Positions 11,100 to 21,739 of a DNA stretch of 60,457 nt are shown here, piece after piece. Location: positions 1 through 60,457 of the forward strand of contig JALAGF010005726.1 of NCBI GenBank assembly GCA_030167865.1. Reading direction: 5' to 3'. Made by a program: the position numbers and the translations under genes. The first letter of the stretch is position 1. Each line of letters opens with the position of its first letter. The stretch is from Craspedostauros australis. Its lineage: Eukaryota. A model generated the notes under the pieces. That model did no database searches and was not told the DNA's origin. It saw only the letters and a program-made list of their open reading frames with translations.

Positions 11100-12082
11100 C
11101 TTTGCCAATGTCCTAATGTCCTAAGGCACTTATGTATGAAAGAAGTGGAGGCAAGTGATCGGTGCTTTGAGTATGCCCAAGTCAAGTGAACTCAGCTGTG
11201 CGAAAGTGAGATGTGTGCTTTCTATTCTGCGCAGGAGTTGGACTTTCGCACGATTCTTTTCGGCGGCAGTTCTGATTGTTCCCGTTCCTTCTTCTCTGTC
11301 TCTCTCGTTCTCGTGCTCTCGTTCTCGTGCTCTTGGTTGTGGTGGATCTACCACTTGTGGAGGTGGGGGAGGGAAGCAGAGTGCTGTTGACCAGTTGTGG
11401 TCGAATTCAGTATCGTTTGGGTGGCACTGCCTCTCTTTGTGGGTGGAGGTGGAGCGAAATGAGGTGAGGAAGGAGCGAAATGGAATTGGACATGATCCTC
11501 GCGCTGCAGGTACTGCCAGTTGTGAACGTGGTTGTGGTTGTTCGCGTTCGTGCTCGTCTGACAGTGGTGAACACTGTGCAGAATACTCGTTTCGCGTATC
11601 AATTGCCAGCGCCAATGTCATGGTCATTGCCGTCGGACCGTCCATCCGTGTGTGAAGCTGCCATTTAGTCTTGACGATCATGCATTGGTGACAACTGGTG
11701 GCATTCCTCACGCAAAGACAAAATAGCCAGTGAACCTTCGGCGCAATTCGTGATAGGCACAGAGCAACACAATTCACAGACGCAAGGGGGATACGCTACG
11801 GGTTACTCTCTCTCTGGATTTCGAGCAGAGAGTGGAGGAGCAGATCCAGGCAACCGGAGGCATCCTCCGAATCATCTCCATAATGAGCATCTGTGCAGCT
11901 CGTACAATAGCAAGAAAGAGCGAGAGCGCGCGCAGTCTGCAACATCCTCCATCATGTCTTTCTGCTGTCTATAATATTATATTATATGATATTGCAGAGT
12001 ACTGCAGTTCCTTGTGCATTCTCATGGAACCGAATAGATCATCATACTCTCTAGAATACCACACAGATAATGAAACGCAATT

Positions 12083-13241
12083 CTACAGATCCTCGAGCAC
12101 CACATCCGGCGCATCCTCCTTCAATCGCTGCACCACCCGCTCCTTCTCCTTGTCATCGAATGCCTTGCTGCGCAACAGCTGATCGAGCGTCGACACGCGG
12201 TGCATCCCGTTGCGTCCGTCGCGGTATCGGTACGAAGCTTCGTAGACGCTGGAGCCGTCGGTGTAGAGGCCCGGTTTCAGGCGACGTTCTCTCCAGTACT
12301 GTCCAGACGAGTCAGACAGCATATGCTTCGGGGAGAAGTTCCACAGATTTCTGTTATATCCGAGATTGCGGTGGCGGCAAGGTGCGTTGCGATGCGTTGT
12401 ATTCCGTTGAGGTCAAGTTCGACGGCAGTAATGAGGCATGTGTGAGAAGATACGGTGAGTTCCATTCATCATCAACAATGCAATATTTCATGCAACCTAG
12501 CACGATACACCATGCAGCACAGAACAGATGAATGAGAGCATGCGACCATCGTCTTGACAATTGAGCCATCCATCCATCCATCCATCCACTCAGTCTGTCT
12601 CACCTCCAGGATCGCTCTCGCACATCGTACTGCGTCTGAACGACGGGCCGGTTGGTCTGCTCATCCATCTCGCCCGTGTTGACGTATTTGGCGAAGATGT
12701 CCACCTTGCCCTGCGTGAACAGGTCCTTGACGATGGCATCCCGATTCACGTGAATCAATCGCACCGACCAATTGGCATTGCGGGGCTTGCTGCGCGCGTA
12801 CCACGAGATGGGCGATGCGCCGCCATGGCGTTCCACGACGCCCACGAATTGATACGCGTTGTTGGATCGTGACGATTTCTGCGGCTTGTCATCCAAATCG
12901 GCCACGGCTCGATCGAAGGAACGCTCCACGATGGCATCCTCCACCTTGCGTCTGCGCGTCTCCGCGTCCGACGCCTCTTCGGCCCAATTGGCGTCGAACG
13001 TGCCGCTGGCACCGCGTTTGGCGGCCAACGCCTTGCGCGTTGTTACTTCCGCCTCGAAGCCCTTGCGGAAGCGTGCCAGGAATCGTTGGCGCGGCGGGAC
13101 GGCGTCCTCCATGGCAGCTTCGTGATCCGGAATCGTGAGCGATTGCAGCGGAGACGCGAACCGCAGCCTTTTGGAGTGTACGGCGCTTGCGCATAGCAAG
13201 ATGGACAGAATCCATGACAGCGGCTTCGTCGCAATCATCAT
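12083..13241 (-). CDS. Hypothetical protein with N-terminal signal-like peptide; two exons (13241-12604, 12350-12083)
   Basis: GTGAG donor at 12603 and CAG acceptor at 12351 join two ORFs in frame (..ERSWR-NLWNFSPKHMLSDSSGQYWRERRL..). Hydrophobic N-terminus LSWILSILLCASAVHS. Confidence 0.8.
12566..12588 (+). repeat. (ATCC)n microsatellite inside intron
   Basis: ccatccatccatccatccatcc visible directly. Confidence 0.8.
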
Positions 13242-14303
13242 TGAGTAGTCTTATTTCTGTTGCTGTTTCTGCTGTGGATGGAATGAACTTGCGGAATACT
13301 ATACCCCGACTTTTGTCTCTGGATGTGGAGAGGATGGCAAGGATGGCCCAAGATGGATTGTTCCGAAGTGCAAACGATGACAATGAAGTTGATGCTGATG
13401 CTGATGTTGATGTTCGTGATGATGTGTGGCGTGATGCCAACAAGAAAACTCCAGCATGCAAACAAACACGCTCACGATCTTTGCCTCGTCTTCCAAATGG
13501 AAGTTCGACTTGATGCGGTTGGAGGAAGGACGAGAATCACAACAGATGGTCACCCTAGTCGTTTTGACTAGATGGAGTGAAGCTTCTTTCTTTCAACATC
13601 AAGTGTCACAGTCGAACGCACAACGTTGATCACCAAGTATTCGCGACACGCTGTCATGCACTTATGACGTGTCATGATGTCGAAAATATCATCGAAAATT
13701 TGGTTCTGCACACTTTCTTCCGTTTCTCTTCGCAGATTTCGTTCACTGCCGAGCGGGCGAACATTCAACGGCAACAACACTACCACCCGCAACGCGAACA
13801 TTCCGAGAAAGCCTTCGGCACGCGCCACGGCAAAAAACAGGCGCTGTGCCCCCGTGCCACAGTTTACGCTCGCACGAAAAGGGAAGGCTCAGTCTTCCCA
13901 TCACCACAACACAGCACAACACAAAACATGAGCAAGAGTGGGAAGAATGACCAGGAACAGGAGCAGCATCACCAGCACAATCACAGTCACAAGTTGGAGC
14001 CCCACACAGCAAAGAGTGATCGATAGGAATAGAGACCAGAGAGTAGAGCAGAGCGTCCGCCCATCGATCATCATTGTACCACACCCATCATAATATAATA
14101 CGTACTCCACCTCACTTCACTTCGTTCCAACTCAATCCACTCCGCCAACGCAGACCATACGGATTGATCATCGAAGAGTCGCAGGCTTGCCCACCTCACA
14201 AGTCACACAGCTCCAACAACAACAACAAGGAGCAGCAGCAGCAGCAGCAGCAGCAACAACACCAACATCAAGGAGCAGGCGGGGAAGCTGAACACCTGTC
14301 AGC

Positions 14304-16889
14304 ATGATTCCGAGATGGAGCAACTACAGCAACAGCCAAGTGCGCGTTCCAAGTGGTGTCAACAGCGACATCTCTTCCTCCAAGGACTCGCAGGACAACT
14401 CATGCAGTCCTGGCAACAAGCGAGTCAGCAACATCTGCCGATGGTGGTTGGTGTGCTGCCTCTTCCAGTGCTGCGCTGTTGTCTTGTACTTTCAAAAGAT
14501 CTCGGATTGGACGTTGGAGGCGCAGCTGAAACTGGACGCGCACAACCAGCCTTCGCGGCAGCAACAGTCAGGTATCCATGCAGATTTCCACATCATCACG
14601 ATGGGTCGTGATGGCGGTAGTACTGAACGCCCTGATACGGAACAGAATTCCACCAGTTCACATCATGTCAGCAGCGGACAGAGCGTACCGTCGCATCATC
14701 TGCGGTTGGCCTCAGTTCCGTCCTCTGAACCGCAGCAGGATCATCAACAGTCGACGCCAACAAGCTCTCCAAGCAGCGAAGACGAATTCAACTTGATCAT
14801 TGATACGTTTCGAAAGGTGATGAAGGGAAGGGTATACTTTCAGACGCAGTCCTGGAATCTACTTGCGGGATCGCATCAAGACACCCGAACGAACGTAACC
14901 AACCGTTCAGCGTATGCAGATGACGATCGTGATCATCATCATCATCATCATCATCACTTGCAGATACGTGATCTTCTATCTCAATCGCCTCATCTCCAGC
15001 AGCAACGGCAAACGGCATGGTCCAATTTCGAATCCTTACAACAACAGAAGCAACAGCGACAGCAACAGCGACAGCAACAGCAACAACAATACTCAATACC
15101 AGATGCACCATCAGGCGATCAGAATGATCTCATCATTTGGGACAACGAAGCCGATGTCAGCTCGTACTTCGACCATCTCATCAACAACTGCGGCACCGCC
15201 TTTGATGCCACCACGGACCAACACTTCCAACAGCGATGCTGGGACTCCCTGCTGCATCTTGTCGACGCCCCGCGATGCACAACGCAGCTTGATTCCACCT
15301 TCACATGCGACGGGAATGCCACGGCCTCCATCGACATCAATGCCACGGGCACGGTGAAACCAGCACAGATCCCATCCCTGCGACGCATCGACCCGCAACA
15401 GCTCATTCGAGATCATTTCCTGTCCGCAGACAATTCCATCAACATCGTCATCATCGGTGCTGGTCCGGTCGGTCTGTTCCTTGCCAATATCCTCTCGCGC
15501 GTCAAAGGATTCAAGCGTCCATTGCGTGTCCTCGTCTTCGAAAAGCGGACGACGCAACCGGGTCGCAAGAAGGCCTACGAGCGGGATTGGTTGACAGAAC
15601 TACCCTCGGTCTCCTTCGAGCAGACGGATCCCAGAATCGTGGAGTTCCTCTCAGTCGTTCACACCGAATCCTGCGACGAATACACGGCTCGCATGATGGC
15701 GAAGCGAAAAGCCGCCAAACTCGCCAATAGCACCATCGTGTTCGATGAGAAGGAGCTGGATGTCAGCCAGGTGTCGGAGACCTACGACTGCAAAACGATC
15801 GTTCCCAAATGCATCGACTCCATCACGCATCTGCACACGACCCTTCCGATCAAGGTCCACGAGACCTTCCTCCTCATCTCCAACCGAGAACTTGGCGTTA
15901 AGTTCATCTACGAGGATGTCGCATCGTACAAGGACATGCTGGCGTCCATGCCCAACATGATGGTCTTTGACGCGTCCGGGCATCGCATGGATCAGCTGCA
16001 CAGGGGCGATATCGAGGGTGCGCGTGTCACCATCTCCAAATGGACCGACGAGACCGCGCACGGCCGGGATGACCTGTTGCGGGAGCCGGACTTCGACAGG
16101 GTCGGTCTTAGAACCTACAAGATGCTCAGCCGGATGGACATGAATACGCGTGTTGCGCAGCATGAATCCGACCAGGGCACCATCCTCTACCCAGTCACGA
16201 AAGACACCCACGAACCTTTCGTTGTGCGCATGCTCAAGATCAACGACTCGCGGTACACGCAGGGTTGCCAGAGCCTCTTCATCGATCTGGTCACGGCAAT
16301 GAAGGACGTCATGCTAGCGCAGACCGCATTCTGCAGCTACTGCGCGAAGAGCATACGCCCAGCACAATGTGACAACGTGTGCCGATTGAGCTTTGGTTGG
16401 GACGTCATCGAGAAGTACAGGCAGGACATCGGCCTCAGCATGACGAAGAGGCCGCCGGGATTCGCCACCATGGTCTCCATCCTCACACTCACCGCTCGCC
16501 AGCACGATGCCTTGATGTACCTCACCAAAGGCGGCGCCACCGCGATGCCGCTGGGCACATGGCCATTGACTGCGATGATGTTCGACTCCGTCATGCGCGA
16601 GAACAACCTCATCCACGCTTTGAAGCTTTACTGGCGTTACGCCGGATCCATGTACCCGCTGGCGTCCATGTTGTCGCACGTCCCCTACATTTACGCCGAC
16701 CCGCTGATCCCCACCACGGCCATCACGAACGCGCGCATCGGCGATGCCCCCTTGTTGCGGGTCGGCGATTCCATGTGGACCGGCAATCCCAACTGGTCCA
16801 ACGGATTGACGATGCACGTGGCGACGTTGCACAAGTTCTCCAAGCTTCTCAACGATATCGACACCAACGACGACGATGATGGAATATAG
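14304..16889 (+). CDS. Type II membrane-anchored FAD-dependent oxidoreductase-like protein, paralogue 1 (861 aa)
   Basis: TM RWWLVCCLFQCCAVVLYF; INIVIIGAGPVGLFLA..VFEKR (Rossmann), VFDASGHR (DG-like motif), LLRVGDSMWTGNPNWSNGL (GD motif); clear similarity to three other ORFs in the window. Confidence 0.88.
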   Translation: MIPRWSNYSNSQVRVPSGVNSDISSSKDSQDNSCSPGNKRVSNICRWWLVCCLFQCCAVVLYFQKISDWTLEAQLKLDAHNQPSRQQQSGIHADFHIITMGRDGGSTERPDTEQNSTSSHHVSSGQSVPSHHLRLASVPSSEPQQDHQQSTPTSSPSSEDEFNLIIDTFRKVMKGRVYFQTQSWNLLAGSHQDTRTNVTNRSAYADDDRDHHHHHHHHLQIRDLLSQSPHLQQQRQTAWSNFESLQQQKQQRQQQRQQQQQQYSIPDAPSGDQNDLIIWDNEADVSSYFDHLINNCGTAFDATTDQHFQQRCWDSLLHLVDAPRCTTQLDSTFTCDGNATASIDINATGTVKPAQIPSLRRIDPQQLIRDHFLSADNSINIVIIGAGPVGLFLANILSRVKGFKRPLRVLVFEKRTTQPGRKKAYERDWLTELPSVSFEQTDPRIVEFLSVVHTESCDEYTARMMAKRKAAKLANSTIVFDEKELDVSQVSETYDCKTIVPKCIDSITHLHTTLPIKVHETFLLISNRELGVKFIYEDVASYKDMLASMPNMMVFDASGHRMDQLHRGDIEGARVTISKWTDETAHGRDDLLREPDFDRVGLRTYKMLSRMDMNTRVAQHESDQGTILYPVTKDTHEPFVVRMLKINDSRYTQGCQSLFIDLVTAMKDVMLAQTAFCSYCAKSIRPAQCDNVCRLSFGWDVIEKYRQDIGLSMTKRPPGFATMVSILTLTARQHDALMYLTKGGATAMPLGTWPLTAMMFDSVMRENNLIHALKLYWRYAGSMYPLASMLSHVPYIYADPLIPTTAITNARIGDAPLLRVGDSMWTGNPNWSNGLTMHVATLHKFSKLLNDIDTNDDDDGI

Positions 16890-17931
16890 CCGTGGCGGCG
16901 GTGCACTCGCATGGTACGAGCTACTCGTGGTGCCTTATAACGCAAACAATACACATATAACAAACGATAGACTAATCCTTCACACTCCTGTGGCACCTGG
17001 ATGTGCGCGCGTGGTCGAGAGCACCAGAATATGATATGATACTACCGTGCAGTTGGCATGTGAGATTCATGCTCTACCTTTGTTTTAAGTCTGAGACTCG
17101 TCTGACTACCGCTCGGGGAAAAGCGCACTTCGGTGTTTTGCAACGAAATCCACAGGCATGATTGGGTGCAAACCGGGATATGTATGAAACCGTTGAAACG
17201 GCGTTACACGATAGACGCTGTTATCAATCATGGACGACACAGTAATGCAGCCAATACACTGACGCATACGACATCGATAAGACTCATAATCTGCATCTTT
17301 ACTCTTTTTCACTCTAAATCGGTTTCACGTGTGTCGTAACTTGGGTGAACTGATGTGGCACAAGGAAGTCTTCAAGTGAGACAAAGGTGACCCGGAGTCA
17401 CTCCAAAGTAACAGGTGTCAATCCACTTTTCGGCTAGACCACAGAACGAAGCAAGAGACATGATTGATTTCGACAGTGACCGCCAAGATGAATGGATCAT
17501 GCTGAGGCTGAAGGATGTCCATGTGCACATACGAGCTACCACACATGTGCTCTTCAGGAACGTGGTCCTTGCGTTTCACCCACATAGCTTGTCGCAACGT
17601 CGTTTGGTTGCTCCATTCCATCTCTCGGATCCCCTTTGTTGTCCGTGTGGGAAGAGTTTGATGACGGGTTCGGGATCGTTTCTGTCAACCGTCGATTCTT
17701 GTCGGAGTTTCGCACAAGTGGGCCCTTCTCCTTCCCACAGAAATGGAACCCAAGTCAGGTGTCGAAGGGCGCAAAAACAGATCACTCTCAGAGAGGATCC
17801 ATCAAGAACCAGACTGGCGGCGATTCATCATCACAATTCAAATCAGCCCAGCGCAACTGCGCCCACTGTCGCAACTGCTCGGACGAATGCTCGCACAACT
17901 GTAACACGAAGCAGTGCGAGGCCATCGCTCG

Positions 17932-20844
17932 ATGAGCACCAACATGCAATCTCATTCCACCATGATGGACAGGAGCCTGCGGTCGCACAATCACAAGAAG
18001 AGAAGGCAGACAGTTCTGCTTTGGTGGCTGTTCTGCTTGATCTTTCAATTCTCCATCCTGTTGATCCAATTCCGAAACGCCTCACGATGGCAATCAAGGC
18101 CGGAGACCGCATCGAATCGCCCGGATCATACACGTCGTGACGATCGCAGCGAACGACACAGCCGAGAGGATGGCGGCCAAGGCGCAATCCAAGTTGATGA
18201 AATCACCAATGACAGCCGTGACCATGGTGGCGACGACATTGAAGAAGTGGACGGACATGATGATAACGATGGCCGCGATGATGGCGATAGCGAAGAGGAT
18301 AAAGATGAAGAAAAGGATTCAGAACAATCCATTCGGATACAGTCCAATGACGATCGTGTCCCCAAGCATCGCTTGGAAATGCCGTCGGGAAGTGGCGAAA
18401 AGAAGGAACGGCAGAAGCAGCGATCGCATCACATGCGAAAAGGCCAACACACAGCACAGGACGAATTGAGCATGATCACCGATACATTCCGAAAAGCGCT
18501 CAATGCGAAGCTCTACTACCAAACTCAGACCTGGAACATGCTGGCAGGATCGGAGCTTGATACGCGAGCACATATCCCAAGTCGATCTGCATTTGCCAGC
18601 GATGACGACGGCAACGACTCGCAAATCCGCGATCTCCTTCGTCTGTCTCCGCGGCTGAAATGGCAGAGACAAACTGCATGGTCAAATTTCGATGCAGTAA
18701 CACGGCAGCAGCGGCAGACGCAACAAAAGCAGGTATCAGCTGGACAAACACCAAAACACGACAGTGATCGCATGATCTGGGACAACGAAGGCGATATCAG
18801 CTCATACTTCAACCATCTCTTGTATCATTGCGGGCGGTCCTTCAACGCATTCAAGGACCCGACCTTCCAACAACGGTGTTGGGATTCGCTCATCCATCTC
18901 GTCGATGCTCCACGATGCACGACGCAACTGGATTCCACCTTCACATGTGATGGCGACGCCATCGACTCCATCCAGCTGAATGTGACAGGCACCGTCAAGC
19001 AATCTCGCATTCCAGCATTGCGACGCATCCAGCCTCAGAAGCTGATACGAGGTCATTTCCTGTCGACGGAGAACTCGATCAATGTGGTCATCATCGGTGC
19101 CGGACCTGTTGGTCTGTTCCTCGCCAACGTCCTGGCCCAAGTCAATACATTGAAGACACCAGTGCGCGTCCTCGTCTTCGAAAAGCGCACAAGCCAGACG
19201 GGCCGCAAGAAGCCGTACGAGCGGAATTGGTTGACGGAGATTCCTGCAAGTTACTTTGGGCAGAGCGACCCACGAATTGTGAAGTTCCTCAGAGTAGTGC
19301 ACGAAGATATATGCGATCCTGGTGGAAACAGGGGCGGTGGCAATGCAGCAGCCAAAACTGTGAGCAACGAAAAGGAAAAAGAAGAGAAAGACAGCGATGA
19401 AGAGGAGGAAGCAACGGAGGAAGCATCCGAGGAGGAGGAAGACAAGAAAGAACAGAAAGATAGCGATGAAGAGGAGGAAGAAACTGAGGAAGAGAAAGAT
19501 GATGAGAAGGAAGAGAAAGAGAAAGACAAAAGGAAAGGCAAAGTCATCGATGATGCAGCAGAAGAAGCATCAGAGGAGGAAGAGGAGGAGGAGGAGAGTG
19601 CAGAGACTCACCCAGAGAAACGTCGTAGACTCAGTGTTGTCGATGCAGACGACAGCGAAGAAGAAGTGAATATGTACGGATTCACTGCAGCGCAAATGGC
19701 CTTGAGGTGCCAAATGAAAGCATGGGAAAGCCACACATCCCTTCCCATCAAGTTCTACGAAACTCTCCTCTTGCTTTCGAATCGTGATTTGGGCGTCAAG
19801 TTCATCTACGAGGATGTGACATCATACAAAGACATGCTGGCTGCGATTCCCAACATGATCGTCTTTGATGCATCGGGACATCGGATGGACCCCCTTCAAA
19901 AGGGCTTCCCAAACGATGAAGGCGCCCATTCAGACAAGGATTCGAAAGGTCTGCGCCGGCAGAAGCACCACAAGGGCACCATCACGGTCTCGAATTGGAC
20001 AAGGAGCGAAGGCAACGGGTACGAGGAGGCACTGCGGACTCCACTGTTGAACAAGCTGAGCATTGAGGCCTTCACGCTCATGCAGAATCTGGACATGCAG
20101 GCCAAAGTGGCCCGGCACGAATCGAAGCAGGGGACCATCCTTTACCCAGTCACCAGGGACACCCACGAGCCTTTCGTTCTCCGAATGCTGAAGATCAACG
20201 ACTCCAGACAAACCAGGGCCGAGAAAGGCCTCTACTCTGGACTGAATGGATTCATGAGCGATGTGATGGTGTCCCAGCACCCGCTCTGCAAGTACTGCGG
20301 AGAGCACGTGAAGAAGGGTTGCTTGCAGATCTGCCGGTTGGGTTGGCCATGGGATACGATAGGAAAGTACCGCATCGACATCGGCCAGACCATGGCGAAG
20401 CACCCTCCGGGATTTTCCACCATGGTCTCGATCCTGACGCTGACCGCCCGCCAGCATGACTCATTGATGTACCTGACGAAGGGCGGAAGCACGTCCATGC
20501 CGCTGACTGCGCTGCCGTTGGACTCGATGAAGTTCGACCCGATCATGAGGGAGAACAACCTCGTCCATTTGCTACGGTACTACGCTCGATTCTCAACCTC
20601 TGACTACCCTGTCCTGTCCGTGTTCTCGTACGTACCGTACATCTACACAGACCCGCTGGTACCGATCACCGCCACGACGGATGCGCGCATCGGCAAGGCC
20701 CCTTTGCTGCGAGTGGGCGATTCCATGTGGACCGGCAATCCCAACTGGGCCAATGGGTTGACCATGCACATTGGGGCATTGCACAAGTTCTCGAAGCTCC
20801 TCAATGCCGTCGAGGCCGGAAACGACGACGATGATCGTGTCTGA
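17932..20844 (+). CDS. Type II membrane-anchored FAD-dependent oxidoreductase-like protein, paralogue 2, with Glu/Lys-rich insert
   Basis: KKRRQ then TM TVLLWWLFCLIFQFSILLI; GAGPVG..FEKR, FDASGHR, RVGDSMWTGNPNWANGL. First in-frame ATG at 17932. Confidence 0.88.
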   Translation: MSTNMQSHSTMMDRSLRSHNHKKRRQTVLLWWLFCLIFQFSILLIQFRNASRWQSRPETASNRPDHTRRDDRSERHSREDGGQGAIQVDEITNDSRDHGGDDIEEVDGHDDNDGRDDGDSEEDKDEEKDSEQSIRIQSNDDRVPKHRLEMPSGSGEKKERQKQRSHHMRKGQHTAQDELSMITDTFRKALNAKLYYQTQTWNMLAGSELDTRAHIPSRSAFASDDDGNDSQIRDLLRLSPRLKWQRQTAWSNFDAVTRQQRQTQQKQVSAGQTPKHDSDRMIWDNEGDISSYFNHLLYHCGRSFNAFKDPTFQQRCWDSLIHLVDAPRCTTQLDSTFTCDGDAIDSIQLNVTGTVKQSRIPALRRIQPQKLIRGHFLSTENSINVVIIGAGPVGLFLANVLAQVNTLKTPVRVLVFEKRTSQTGRKKPYERNWLTEIPASYFGQSDPRIVKFLRVVHEDICDPGGNRGGGNAAAKTVSNEKEKEEKDSDEEEEATEEASEEEEDKKEQKDSDEEEEETEEEKDDEKEEKEKDKRKGKVIDDAAEEASEEEEEEEESAETHPEKRRRLSVVDADDSEEEVNMYGFTAAQMALRCQMKAWESHTSLPIKFYETLLLLSNRDLGVKFIYEDVTSYKDMLAAIPNMIVFDASGHRMDPLQKGFPNDEGAHSDKDSKGLRRQKHHKGTITVSNWTRSEGNGYEEALRTPLLNKLSIEAFTLMQNLDMQAKVARHESKQGTILYPVTRDTHEPFVLRMLKINDSRQTRAEKGLYSGLNGFMSDVMVSQHPLCKYCGEHVKKGCLQICRLGWPWDTIGKYRIDIGQTMAKHPPGFSTMVSILTLTARQHDSLMYLTKGGSTSMPLTALPLDSMKFDPIMRENNLVHLLRYYARFSTSDYPVLSVFSYVPYIYTDPLVPITATTDARIGKAPLLRVGDSMWTGNPNWANGLTMHIGALHKFSKLLNAVEAGNDDDDRV

Positions 20845-21739
20845 TATGAGCTATACGCTACAGCAGTACGAGTAAGGCTAGGATCCAGTGTTAAATCCAG
20901 AGTTGCAGTAGGCAGATACCGGATGGACAAGTACGAGCCATGAGTGACATTGAGTATTGTTACTCTCCGTGAGATGAAAGCGCGTACGCATCAATATGCT
21001 CACACACCAATACCATAGTGCTGGGAATGATCGCAAGGTAATAAGCCTTCCATGCATCAAAGCAAACATCTCTCTGCACACACGCCTATGTGCTCTGCAC
21101 CACTCGTACAATACGCACTATGGCATCATGAGTAGCAGCTCGTCGTATGGCACGAAGGACTTCAGTATTATTCTATTAGAATAGGTTGGTATCCCAACAC
21201 ACACACAAGTAGTGGTGGAACATGAATCCACGAAGGGAATCGTGTCAATTCCACAAAGCGACCACCGCCCCCTGCAAAAAAGTGAGCCGGTGTTGTTCCT
21301 TGTGGAACACACGAAAGAGAAGCCAGAAGAGGGAGAGAGAACGGATGGTGCGTGTCCCTCCACCTCCACACGTCCACACACGGAGAAACTTGAGTCGTCA
21401 GCGGCACGTGCCACGGCGACCAACAAATCTTCTCCACTTTACCGCGTTGTTCGCAGAAAAGGCTGCGACAAAAATGGAGGCGAAAGTTCGGTTCCTGCAC
21501 AAACCCACAAACCGCAAAAAAGAGAAGGAACCAGCATTGGCCATCCTCTGGTTTCCATCACAATCAGGCATCTCTGCAGGTTCATGGTCCAACAGAGCAA
21601 AGTGACATCAACGCAAGAGATACCATACTGGTACGAATGCACACTCATATCATCACTTCCAGACATAATAGGAGCTCGTCCAAGCTCGATGCCCATGCCA
21701 TCCCATCCCATCAAGGCGATCCACCCACCAGTGCGAGCG

